DNA from: Marsupella aquatica
Taxonomy: Eukaryota > Plantae > Marchantiophyta
NCBI GenBank assembly: GCA_973895155.1
Contig: OZ316893.1
Location: forward strand, 3,268,490 to 3,332,489
Direction of reading: 5' to 3'
DNA: 64,000 nucleotides
Part shown: piece by piece, positions 1 to 9,765 of the stretch
How the letters are laid out: the number at the start of each line of letters is the position of its first letter
Position numbering within the stretch: the first letter of the stretch is position 1
Translations under genes and position numbers: made by a program
The notes under the pieces: generated by a model
The model's database searches: none
Told to the model about the DNA's origin: nothing
What the model saw: the letters and a program-made list of their open reading frames with translations, nothing else

Positions 1-1973
1 AACCATGGAACCCGGGCCGAGGCCGGAGGTAAGGACACTGAGGGTGAAAACTCGATTAGGGTTAGGGCGCGTTAAGCGTCGGCGGCTAAGAAGGATCAAC
101 GGGAAGAAGGATCGGCAGAGGAGAGGGGTAAGGAGCGCTTGCAGGAGATGGTGGCTCATTTGCGAGCACAAACTAGGCAGACGACTACGGGAGGCCAACT
201 ACTGTCAACTGCTTAGGCAAGCACTCGGGGAGAGAGTAGATACCGACGATCGACCTAAGGAGGGTATGAGCAACGTCAATCAAGCGGCACATTTCTGGGG
301 ATGCCTGTTCGAACGGGCAACTAAGTACATCAAGACTTACGAGGACGAGGAATCAGAAAGGGCAGCTCGCTCGATTGTGGGAGCTGCAGAAGACGGCTTT
401 CTTAGGAGGCGAACTCATCAAGGACGAGTTCCTGTGGACGCCTACTTCCAATCAACTCGACGATCTTTTGTTTTGCAAAGACAGCGTCGTCGGCATCCGA
501 GAGGCCATCAAGAACTGCAACGACATACACTGGGAATTAAAGGGTAGCACGGAAAGGTGGACCCAGGCAACGGTGCTAGGAGAAACCTCCACGGCAGCAA
601 AGATGAAGAGGAAGGGAGCTGTCAACGATGAAGCCACCCCGGCAAAAAGAACGAGGTCGGCGGCACCAAAGAAGCCAGCCGAGCAGCAGAGCAGGAGGCA
701 GGGAGAAGCCGAAGAGGAGGAGGTCGATCCCATCAAGGCCATTCCAACCAGGGATGACACCTGGAAGGGCTGGGCGGCAACCCTACCGGTGGAGGTGCAA
801 CTACATTTTGCACGGGAGGAGGATGCATGCTTCACGGCCATGTAGACCAAGAAGTACCAAGGCTTCATGGCCGGATTTGGCTTAGAGGCCTTTGTAAGAT
901 TACCATGGCTGAAGCCAGAGGTACCGGAGTCAGACCTATTAGAATTCGTGGGGTCATGGGAACCCGAGACCAATTGCACGAGGATATATGGGAAGGATTT
1001 CTATCTTACTCCCAAGGTAATTGCTGAAGTGTTTGGCTTGCCGATAGGCAATAAGACCAAAGTTGATACCAAGAAGACCTTGCCTGACAAGGAGTTCCGG
1101 TCGTTCCCTGGGCCATCAACGAAGAATGGCTTCTTCCGGAACACCTGCACCAACCCGCACATAGGAGAGATGATCGACTTCTTGCGGGTGACCATGCATT
1201 GTAACTTGCCAAGGGCAGAGATTGGCAAGGCACAGGTCTATCTGGCAGAAAGGCCAGACCCAAGCCGGGACTACAACGGGTACCTCCTCAACCAATTGAA
1301 GAAGATCTTAAAGGAGGAGCAGCAGGTAATCGGCATGGGGAGCGTGTCGCGGCTTGGCTATCACATGCCGCTGTTGTGCCGGTATGCCAGAGGTCAGACT
1401 TTTGCCCCGGTACTTCCCCTGCAGGTAAGGGCACCCGAGGAAGCTCCAACGCCGAGGCCGTTGGCTGAGAAGCCTCAACCACCTGTTAGCCCTACGATCG
1501 AGCAGGTGTTTAGGCCCAGGAAGGAGGACTTGCCGATGCAGCAACCAGGCATGTAGAGTCTGCTGAAACTACTGGAGAAAGAAAAGAAATCGGCATCGGC
1601 AACAACAACGGCAACGGCAACAATGCAGGACACTACTACAGAGGTAGGCCTACACCGGCTCACAAGAGAAAACCCCTTTGCTGGAGACAAGGAGAGAATC
1701 AAGCCTGAATCCAAGCCAGGTGTTCGAATGTATGTGGGAATCTCAAGCTCCGAATCTGAGGCAGAATTGCCTGAAGCTCCTACCGACGAAGAGGAGAGGG
1801 AGAAGCCGGACGACCAAGAAGTAGAGGAGGCAGTGGAGGACTGCAGCCATGATAATTCCGGCTATGGGTCGGACCATCACGTCCCAAGAGTAAGGACCTG
1901 TGGCCGGTTTGTCCCCACACTTCCAAGGGTAGTGTGAGGGGACCCCAACCAGCAGAGTAGCCCTGAGTCTCCC
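1..1973 (+). mobile_element. Truncated, older copy of the gypsy family A LTR (runs off the window's left edge)
   Basis: Colinear with 2085-4073 of the next LTR. Carries a 17-nt deletion between AGCTCG microhomologies (~369) and stops at 843, 1554 (CAG>TAG) and 1935 (CGA>TGA). Ends abruptly at CTCCC, where a new LTR (TGTGATG) begins. Confidence 0.92.
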
Positions 1974-2049
1974 TGTGATGCCTAGACAGGAATCACTCGG
2001 CCGGTTAAGTGGGTAAAGCAGGAAGGCACCCTAGGAACACCTTAGTATA

Positions 2050-5000
2050 GTGACAAAACAAGGAAAATATAAACAATTAGGGGCAACCATGGAACCCGGG
2101 CAGAGGCCGGAGGTAAGGCTGAGAGTGAAAACCCGATTAGGGTTAGGGCGCGTTAAGCGTCGGCGGCTAGGAAGGATCAACGGGAAGAAGGACCGGCAGA
2201 GGAGAGGGGTAAGGAGCGCTTGCAGGAGATGGTGGCTCATTTGCGAGCACGAACTAGGCAGACGACTACGGGAGGCCAACTACTGTCAGCTGCTTAGGCA
2301 AGCACTCGGGGAGAGAGTAGATACCGACGATCAACCTAAGGAGGGTATGAGCAACGTCAATCAAGCGGCACATTTCTGGGGATGCCTGTTCGAACGGGCA
2401 ACTGAGTACATCAAGACTTACGAGGACGAGGAGTCAGAAAGGGCAGCTCGAGAACGGCAGGAGCTCGCTCGATTGTGGGAGCTGCAGAAGACGGCTTTCT
2501 TAGGAGGCGAACTCATCAAGGACGAGTTCCTGTGGACGCCTACTTCCAATCAACTCGACGATCTTCTGTTTTGCAAAGACAGCGTCGTCGGCATCCGAGA
2601 GGCCATCAAGAACTGCAACGACATACACTGGGAATTAAAGGGTAGCACGGAAAGGTGGACCCGGGCAACGGTGCTAGGAGAAACCTCCACGGCAGCAGAG
2701 ATGAAGAGGAAGGGAGCCGTCAACGATGAAGCCACCCCGGCAAAAAGAACGAGGTCGGCAGCACCAAAGAAGCCAGCCGAGCAGCAGAGCAGGAGGCAGG
2801 GAGAAGCCGAAGAGGAGGAGGTCGATCCCATCAAGGCCATTCCAACCAGGGATGACACCTGGAAGGGCTGGGCGGCAACCCTACCGGTGGAGGTGCAACT
2901 ACATTTTGCACGGGAGGAGGATGCATGCTTTACGGCCATGCAGACCAAGAAGTACCAAGGCTTCATGGCCGGATCCGGCTTGGAGGCCTTTGTAAGATTA
3001 CCATGGCTGAAGCCGGAGGTACCGGAGTCAGACCTATTAGAATTCGTGGGGTCATGGGAACCCGAGACCAATTGCACGAGGATATATGGGAAGGATTTCT
3101 ATCTTACTCCCAAGGTGATTGCCGAAGTGTTTGGCTTGCCGATGGGCAATAAGACCAAAGTTGATACCAGGAAGACCTTGCCTGACAAGGAGTTCCGGTC
3201 GTTCCCCGGGCCATCAACGAAGAATGGCTTCTTCCGGAACACCTGCACCAACCCGCACATAGGAGAGATGATCGACTTCTTGCGGGTGACCATGCATTGT
3301 AACTTGCCGAGGGCAGAGATCGGCAAGGCACAGGTCTATCTGGCAGAAAGGCCAGACCCAAGCCGGGACTACAACGGGTACCTCCTCAACCAATTGAAGA
3401 AGATCTTAAAGGAGGAGCAGCAGGTAATCGGCATGGGGAGCGTGTCGCGGCTTGGCTATCACATGCCGCTGTTGTGCCGGTATGCCAGAGGTCAGACTTT
3501 TGCCCCGGTACTTCCCCTGCAGGTAAGGGCACCCGAGGAAGCTCCAACGCCGAGGCCGTTGGCTGAGAAGCCTCAACCACCTGTTAGTCCTACGATCGAG
3601 CAGGTGTTTAGGCCCAGGAAGGAAGACTTGCCGATGCAGCAACCAGGCATGCAGAGTCTGCTGAAACTACTGGAGAAAGAAAAGAAATCGGCATCGGCAA
3701 CAACAACGGCAACGGCAACAATGCAGGACACTACTACAGAGGTAGGCCTACACCGGCTCACAAGAGAAAACCCCTTTGTTGGAGACAAGGAGAGAATCAG
3801 GCCGGAATCCAAGCCAGGTGTTCGAATGTACGTGGGAACCTCAAGCTCCGAATCTGAGGCAGAATTGCCTGAAGCTCCTACCGAGGAAGAGGAGAGGGAG
3901 AAGCCGGAAATCCAAGAGGTAGAGGAGGCAGTGGAGGACTGCAGCCATGATAATTCCGGCTATGGGTCGGACCATCACGTTCCAGGAGTAAGGACCTGTG
4001 GCCGGTTTGTCCCCACACTTCCAAGGGTAGTGCGAGGGGACCCCAACCAGCAGAGTAGCCCTGAGTCTCCCCCACCAGATGTTGCTCCCCCGAGCTTCGA
4101 CGGCATAAAACAGACGGTGCAGGAATTTCAGGAGCGAATCAAGCAGGAGGAAGAGGCCGCCCTGGCTAAGGAAAAGGATTTACCAGGAGGAGATTGGCCG
4201 GAGGACATCAGGCGGCTAGCCGAAAAAGGAAGCAAACCTCTAGCCACGATTGAAGAGATCCGCAGGACGGCTTGGGAGCAGAGGCCACGATGGGCGATGC
4301 CGATCACTTCTACTTACTCCACCTACGCTAAGAATAGAGCCATGGAGTATGGTGAGATGTGTGGGGAACTTGCGCTCGGCATCTTTGGAGAGGAGTTGGA
4401 GGTAGGACCCTTTTTCCATAGGGAGCAGTTGGAGAAGCACCAATTAGAAGAAGCGGTGGCTTTAGAGAGAAGCAAGAAGGACGAGGTCATTCGGCGGCTT
4501 AGGAGGATGGAAGCCGAGATTGAAGATCTAAGGGCGGCCAAGAAAGCCCAAGATGAACTGCGGATTAAACGACATGAGCTGAACATCATGCAGGGGCAGT
4601 TGGACGCCGCGCAGGCTGATAATCAGAATATCAAGGATAAACTGACTCAGACGCAGGAAGAGTTGGCCGACACGATCAAAGAAAGGGAAAAGTGGAAGCA
4701 AGAGCTGAAGAATACAGAGGAGGCCCACATAACAGCCAACAGCCGGGCCATGGCGGAGACCCAAAGAAAGGAGTGGGCGTTGAAAGGGGAGCTCGAGAAA
4801 ATCCGCGGAGCCCTTGAGCAGAAGGAGGTCGAGTTAGGGAAATCCTATCAAGGGATTATGGCGCTGCAGCAGGAGCTTGCGTCCCTGACGGCCAGCTTCA
4901 AGGCCGACCTAAGGGAGAAGGACGAGATGCTCGAACAGACTTACGCCAAGATGAACCAGATGGAGTCTGTCATCATTGCAGAGCTCGACAAGGAGCTAAG

Positions 5001-5781
5001 AGCAACCCAGGAGGAGAGGGCTACCTTGAAGAAGGAATTGGAGGAAGCCCACAGGGAATTGGAGGAAGCCCACAGGGAGCAGGAGGAGGCCAAAAACGAG
5101 CTGGAGGGGGCACGTAAGGACCTGGATGAAACCCAAGAGGAGTTGGAGGAAATCACGAGGAAGATGGAGAACCTACAGCGGCGGGCCAACAACCAAACAG
5201 AGCGGCTGAAGAAACAAGCCGAAGTATTTAAATGCTTAGCTGCAGCAGGTCCATCTCCTGTTGGGACAAACCAGTTACCAGGGGTGGTAATTGCCGAAGG
5301 ACAAGCCGCGCCACCTGCACCAGTGCCGGAAGTAAGTGGGAAGGGGAAGGGACCAGCTGCCGAGCCACCAACGAAGAAGAAGCGGAAACCTTCAGGGTCA
5401 AGGAGTAATACGACTTCACAGGCCGTGGTGATCAAGGAGGTAGACCCAGCACCGACCCCAGACAGGGTCACGGCTAAGGATCCAACTACCCTAGGGGAAG
5501 GGGAAGCCGAAGCCGTGGGGTTGGCTGAGGCCGAAGCCGTGGGAGTGGCTGAAGCCGAAGCCGTGGGAGTGGCTGAAGCCGAAGCCGTGGGAGTGGCTGA
5601 GGCCGAAGCCGTGGGTATTGCCGAGGCCGGTGTCGAGGCTGAAGCCGAAGGTGGACCCAGTCAGGCCGATGGAGAGTTGACTCGGTCAAGGGCAGGTAAT
5701 CTGTCAATAGGCGGGCCAACGGCAGTGGCTGAGGAGGAAGTATTGGGGGCGTCCATTGAGGATCCACCACCGGTGTCGTGA
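2050..5781 (+). CDS. LTR-encoded accessory protein (up to 1243 aa; first ATG 2089): PMD-like segment, acidic/Pro-rich linker, ~300-aa coiled coil, KKKRK NLS-like motif, AEAEAVGV repeats
   Basis: Uninterrupted 3.7-kb ORF lying wholly inside the LTR. Motif LLEFVGSWEPETNCTRIYGKDFYLTPKVIAEVFGLP resembles the plant mobile domain pattern W-x-PET...T-x(3)-[VI]A-x(2)-[LF]GLP. True start codon uncertain. Confidence 0.8.
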   Translation: MTKQGKYKQLGATMEPGQRPEVRLRVKTRLGLGRVKRRRLGRINGKKDRQRRGVRSACRRWWLICEHELGRRLREANYCQLLRQALGERVDTDDQPKEGMSNVNQAAHFWGCLFERATEYIKTYEDEESERAARERQELARLWELQKTAFLGGELIKDEFLWTPTSNQLDDLLFCKDSVVGIREAIKNCNDIHWELKGSTERWTRATVLGETSTAAEMKRKGAVNDEATPAKRTRSAAPKKPAEQQSRRQGEAEEEEVDPIKAIPTRDDTWKGWAATLPVEVQLHFAREEDACFTAMQTKKYQGFMAGSGLEAFVRLPWLKPEVPESDLLEFVGSWEPETNCTRIYGKDFYLTPKVIAEVFGLPMGNKTKVDTRKTLPDKEFRSFPGPSTKNGFFRNTCTNPHIGEMIDFLRVTMHCNLPRAEIGKAQVYLAERPDPSRDYNGYLLNQLKKILKEEQQVIGMGSVSRLGYHMPLLCRYARGQTFAPVLPLQVRAPEEAPTPRPLAEKPQPPVSPTIEQVFRPRKEDLPMQQPGMQSLLKLLEKEKKSASATTTATATMQDTTTEVGLHRLTRENPFVGDKERIRPESKPGVRMYVGTSSSESEAELPEAPTEEEEREKPEIQEVEEAVEDCSHDNSGYGSDHHVPGVRTCGRFVPTLPRVVRGDPNQQSSPESPPPDVAPPSFDGIKQTVQEFQERIKQEEEAALAKEKDLPGGDWPEDIRRLAEKGSKPLATIEEIRRTAWEQRPRWAMPITSTYSTYAKNRAMEYGEMCGELALGIFGEELEVGPFFHREQLEKHQLEEAVALERSKKDEVIRRLRRMEAEIEDLRAAKKAQDELRIKRHELNIMQGQLDAAQADNQNIKDKLTQTQEELADTIKEREKWKQELKNTEEAHITANSRAMAETQRKEWALKGELEKIRGALEQKEVELGKSYQGIMALQQELASLTASFKADLREKDEMLEQTYAKMNQMESVIIAELDKELRATQEERATLKKELEEAHRELEEAHREQEEAKNELEGARKDLDETQEELEEITRKMENLQRRANNQTERLKKQAEVFKCLAAAGPSPVGTNQLPGVVIAEGQAAPPAPVPEVSGKGKGPAAEPPTKKKRKPSGSRSNTTSQAVVIKEVDPAPTPDRVTAKDPTTLGEGEAEAVGLAEAEAVGVAEAEAVGVAEAEAVGVAEAEAVGIAEAGVEAEAEGGPSQADGELTRSRAGNLSIGGPTAVAEEEVLGASIEDPPPVS
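2068..2073 (+). promoter_or_regulatory. Candidate TATA box of the family A LTR
   Basis: TATAAA about 95 nt into the LTR, also present in the 3' LTR and the solo LTR. Confidence 0.4.
5500..5625 (+). repeat. 24-bp coding tandem repeat (AEAEAVGV x5)
   Basis: GCTGAAGCCGAAGCCGTGGGAGTG-like units; replaced by different sequence in the solo LTR copy. Confidence 0.85.
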
Positions 5782-6706
5782 CGGTGCAAGGGCGCCGTTC
5801 CTTTTAGGGAGGGCGGACGTGGAGGGAGGAGGCGTGAGTGGGCAGGGCGGGCACGGATCTCCACGTTTAGGATTAGGATCAGAACCAGGAGCGGCCCTGA
5901 CACTTAGCTTAGTGGGATTGCGGTCCCACTGGTAGGAGCAACACTTGTGCTCCTGCCTTGCTGTACATAGGTAGATTCGGGCAAGTAGATTACTGTTAAG
6001 TAGATTAGGCTTACGATGCAAAGAATGGCGGATCCACTACCAGGATAAGTACCTGGGCAGCGGGGAGCTCAGGGCCTCTTCTTTAGCAAGTTTTTAGTTT
6101 GCACCAGCCGGGCTGGGATCAAGTAGTACGAGAAGCTCTCGGTTAGTCATACAGTGACCCTTGTGTATATTCATGTTTCCTCATGCCTAAGAGCTGAATA
6201 GAGTTGGCCTCACGGCTTAGTTCGCAGAACTTGTGTATGAGATGTACTGTTTGTATGGCAAGTGCATGGTATGACTCAGTCAGAATGAGTCATTTTGCTA
6301 TTTGTGTGTCGCATTAACTTGTGTGAAGAGTGCCCACATCAACAGAAGGAAGGAAAGTAAGCAGGGGAGTGAGAGTTGGATGTGTCGAGCTGAGAGAGGT
6401 CTTAGCGGCTTAACCAAGCCTATTGGGGATCATTCCGGCGGCGGAATCCAAACATACCTAACAAGACGGAGGGGAAGACAGGGGAAGACAGGGGAAGGCC
6501 TATATTAGGCCGGCTACGTATCTCATGACCCGATGAAGGATCTGTCCAGTATATGTGTGTAAAATGTTAATAGTAGTAGTAGAAGGTTAGCAGCGTCCCA
6601 TGCCGCTAAGCCACGGAAACGGCCTCGCCAAGCACGAAACCTGCGGGAATCGGCTTGAGCTGGGGGGTTTCTTGGGTTTAGGGAGCCATGGGACGCACCA
6701 CATTTT

Positions 6707-6724
6707 TGGCGCTAGATGGAGGGG
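6707..6724 (+). promoter_or_regulatory. Primer-binding site, probably tRNA-Asn(GUU)
   Basis: TGGCGCTAGATGGAGGGG, 4 nt after the LTR. Matches the complement of the plant tRNA-Asn 3' end (CCCCUCCUUCUAGCGCCA, from memory) with one mismatch. Confidence 0.75.
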
Positions 6725-6771
6725 GCATTTCTTAAGCCGTGAGATATGAAGTTAGAACGGAAGCGTAGGTA

Positions 6772-9765
6772 ATGACTGACCTTACGCCGAGGGAAGAAAG
6801 AGTGATTCAACGGGAGAGAGCTCGACTGCAGCAGCTCGCCGGGTGGCATGATACACAGCGTCTGAGAGGGGCAGAAAGAGCTGGTAGCTCCGAAACTGGA
6901 AGTGGCGTCGAAGAAGACATACCAAAAGAAGAGTCGGTAAGGAGAAGTGAGTCTCCAACCGACATGGGGGAACCAGAGGCACGGCCAGACGAGAGGCCAG
7001 GGACCAGATTGAGCCAGCGGTCGCGCATACATTACAAGGCATTTCATGGGAGAGGAGATGAGGATCCGGACGAATGGTTGGATGATTTCGAGGGAACCGC
7101 TGCAGCAAATGGAGAATCGGCCATCAAGATGCAGATTCTTCCCGGCCTGTTCAAGGGTGAGGCTAGGCCTTGGTACAGAGCATTAGATGTGGAAGATCAA
7201 GCCATCTGGGATATCTTCAAAACACTCTTTGTTAAGGAGTTTCGACCCATTGGAACTTCAGAACTAGCAGTGCTGAAGTTGGGACAACTTCGGTTCAAGG
7301 AGAACAAATCCTTCAGGAAGTTCTTGCAACGCTTTCAGAAACTGGTAAGACGTACAAAGACCAATGCATCTGAAGGTATGCAACTTCAATGGTTGGTGAA
7401 TGCTTTGCCACAGAAGATGAGTTTTGCAATTAGGAAGGAGAACCCGGAGACCTTAGCCGAAGCAATTAAGGATATTCAATTATACATTAATGCAGATATC
7501 ACAAGCCGGAAGAAACAGCTTAAGTCTGAGAGTTCCTCATCAGAGGAGGGATCACCCCATAAGAAAAAAGATAAGAAGAAGAAACATTCCAAGAAGTCTA
7601 GAAGTGATAAGTCAAGCTCGGATAGTGGGAGTAGCAAGAGTGAGTCATCTTCTAGTTCTGAAGAAGAAAAAACTAGGAAAAGGAAGGGCAGAAGGAGAGG
7701 GAAGACGAAAGTCAAGATGGAGGCTAAGCCACCAGATAACATCGTAGCCCTTACCGAGCAACTTAAGGCTATCATTGCAGAGGTAAAACCAAAGAAGAAG
7801 GTAGTACAGGAGGATAGCTCTGTATGGTGTGCCTTATGTTATAAAACCGGACACCATAAAGATGCTTGTCCTAAGCTTAATACTAATCATGTTCGGCATG
7901 TGGCCGAGATCAGACCATGTCAGGGAGAAGTAGAGTACTTTTTGGGAGATGCCGCTGATAGTGTTTTCGGCATCAGTGAGACTGGAGCACGAGACCTATC
8001 CAACAGACCTGCATCTCTGTGGTCAGGGTTAAGGAACAATCCAGGAGAGATGTATCCTCGGATTATTCAGAACCCGTCAGTACCTCCTAGGCCGAATGTG
8101 CAAAGATTTGCGGCGTGCTATAATTGTGGTCAACCTGGCCATTTTGCTAGAGAATGCCCGAATGCACGCAAACAGGGTGATGGACAACCAGCTCAGCTAT
8201 GTATGGGATGCCGACAGGAAGGTCATATGCTAGGGCAATGTCCTACTTGGTTGGCAGGCCTGGCCGCAAATCATAAGCTTTTGCCGATCAAGATCTTACC
8301 ACCAGGTACTACCCCCGGAGGAGTTCAAATCAACCACATCGAACTAGGATGGCAAGAGGATGCCGAGGCAGAGTTCGTACCATCTGATGATGAGGCCGAA
8401 GCCCTATCAACCTTCTCAGAGGAGGATTTAGATCATGATTGCTACCGGGTCTCTACTCGATCTACCAGAAGGAAGGAAAGGTGGGATGGGCTAGCCAAAA
8501 ATAAAGGGAAGGTTACGGAGGAAAGGATCGACTCTTCGTCAACATCAACAGAAGGAGAAGGGAGGGCTCCGGCAATACAGGTAAGCCATGAGCCCACCAG
8601 TGAAACCAATCCTTCACAAGATAGCGACTTCAATCAAGATCATCCTAAGTTGTTCTACCCCTCTGTTACGGCTAGTGTTAAGGAACAACTAAGAGAATTA
8701 GAAACCCTGGAGAATACCGAAGCCATTGCCAAGGATGTAAAACGAGCAAAAGCATTGTTTGCTTCGGAAGACCCAACAGCTGTGGAGACTAGCGTGGCAA
8801 AACTGGCCGAATCCAAGACGGAAACACCACCAGAAGAGAAGCCGATTGTTCCCTATGACCTGGCTAAAGATGTACTAGAATCTAGAGTCTCGGCAACAGT
8901 AGGTCAACTATTGAAAAATAGCCCGTACTTCCAGAAGCAATTAAGGAAGGCTATTCTCGGCAAGCCGAGATTACCCAAGGTAGCAACCAGATCCGACGTA
9001 CTAATGATAGAAGAAGATCAAGGAGCCCCAGCATTACCATTAATGATTCAAGGAGAATTATTACTACGGGTACCCATCGATGGAGGATCAGGGGTATGTA
9101 TTATGATTGATTCAACAGCAAAAGGGTGGGGTCTAACACCGGAGATGACTGGAAGAGTGTTGAACATGGCCAATGGATATCAGGTCATTCCGACGGGAGT
9201 GTTAACCGGCATCAAGACAGAGATAGGAGGTATCTTCTTTAGCATTAACTATGTAGTAATGAAGCCGGTAAATCCTACGTCATTCCGGCTATTGATTGGT
9301 AGGCCATGGCTGTACCTAGCCGAGGTAATAGAAGATTGGGGTAAAAAGCAGTTCACTTTCGGGACCCCCTCTATCACGGTATCCTGGGACACTAAGGATG
9401 ACCGTAGGAAAAGCATAAGGGAAGTAGATGGGTACGATAGTGGACTGGAGTCAGCCGATGAAGTACGTTGGTTAGAATGCTTCACTAACCTAACCGAAGA
9501 AGGTGTCTTTGGACCAGAGGTACCCCCCAGCGGATTATGGCAAGAACCAATGGAAGGTGACTTGGAAGAAGAAGACGAAGAGGTCGAGGACTGCTTTACA
9601 ATAGAATCCACCTTTTTAGCTGCAATTCCGGAGGAAGTTAAGGATGTAGACCAATTGGATGAAACGGCTAAGTGGGGAGCAGTAGCAGGGACAGTGGATT
9701 TTCTGCAGGCGTTGTGGCAGAGCCGACGGGGTCCACAACGCCATCGATCATCGGCAAGGAATTAA
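6772..9765 (+). CDS. gag: Gag-protease polyprotein (997 aa), family A
   Basis: Capsid-like F.GRGDEDPDEWL...GEARPWY; three CCHC knuckles (CALC..GH..C, CYNCGQPGHFAREC, CMGC..GH..C); aspartic protease IDGGSG and LLIGRPWL. Confidence 0.92.
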   Translation: MTDLTPREERVIQRERARLQQLAGWHDTQRLRGAERAGSSETGSGVEEDIPKEESVRRSESPTDMGEPEARPDERPGTRLSQRSRIHYKAFHGRGDEDPDEWLDDFEGTAAANGESAIKMQILPGLFKGEARPWYRALDVEDQAIWDIFKTLFVKEFRPIGTSELAVLKLGQLRFKENKSFRKFLQRFQKLVRRTKTNASEGMQLQWLVNALPQKMSFAIRKENPETLAEAIKDIQLYINADITSRKKQLKSESSSSEEGSPHKKKDKKKKHSKKSRSDKSSSDSGSSKSESSSSSEEEKTRKRKGRRRGKTKVKMEAKPPDNIVALTEQLKAIIAEVKPKKKVVQEDSSVWCALCYKTGHHKDACPKLNTNHVRHVAEIRPCQGEVEYFLGDAADSVFGISETGARDLSNRPASLWSGLRNNPGEMYPRIIQNPSVPPRPNVQRFAACYNCGQPGHFARECPNARKQGDGQPAQLCMGCRQEGHMLGQCPTWLAGLAANHKLLPIKILPPGTTPGGVQINHIELGWQEDAEAEFVPSDDEAEALSTFSEEDLDHDCYRVSTRSTRRKERWDGLAKNKGKVTEERIDSSSTSTEGEGRAPAIQVSHEPTSETNPSQDSDFNQDHPKLFYPSVTASVKEQLRELETLENTEAIAKDVKRAKALFASEDPTAVETSVAKLAESKTETPPEEKPIVPYDLAKDVLESRVSATVGQLLKNSPYFQKQLRKAILGKPRLPKVATRSDVLMIEEDQGAPALPLMIQGELLLRVPIDGGSGVCIMIDSTAKGWGLTPEMTGRVLNMANGYQVIPTGVLTGIKTEIGGIFFSINYVVMKPVNPTSFRLLIGRPWLYLAEVIEDWGKKQFTFGTPSITVSWDTKDDRRKSIREVDGYDSGLESADEVRWLECFTNLTEEGVFGPEVPPSGLWQEPMEGDLEEEDEEVEDCFTIESTFLAAIPEEVKDVDQLDETAKWGAVAGTVDFLQALWQSRRGPQRHRSSARN
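9696..9755 (+). promoter_or_regulatory. Candidate programmed -1 frameshift signal
   Basis: In-frame G_GAT_TTT heptamer, 5-nt spacer, perfect 10-bp stem (9708-9717/9733-9742), and loop GCCGA able to pair with TCGGC at 9751-9755. RT lies in the -1 frame. Confidence 0.6.

Larger units (their letters stand above)
1974..6702 (+). repeat. 5' LTR of family A (4,729 bp)
   Basis: Starts TGTGATGCC, ends GCACCACA, followed by the PBS; direct repeat of 12927-17646. Confidence 0.96.

Noticed and set aside
452-5471. Many short antisense and overlapping ORFs in LTRs and pol genes
   Set aside because: Shadow frames of long coding sequences; they recur only because the LTRs are repeated.
2050-5781. SMC/myosin/tropomyosin host gene, or env gene
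   Set aside because: Only generic coiled-coil similarity; no Walker motifs, signal peptide or transmembrane helix; lies within LTR boundaries.
6180-6702. Hammerhead ribozyme (retrozyme-like) in the LTR 3' region
   Set aside because: No convincing CUGANGA...GAAA core with flanking stems found by eye; an Infernal search would settle it.
6707-6716. Link between PBS TGGCGCTAG and the MULE palindrome half-site GGCGCTAG
   Set aside because: The PBS is explained by tRNA complementarity and is not palindromic; probably coincidence.
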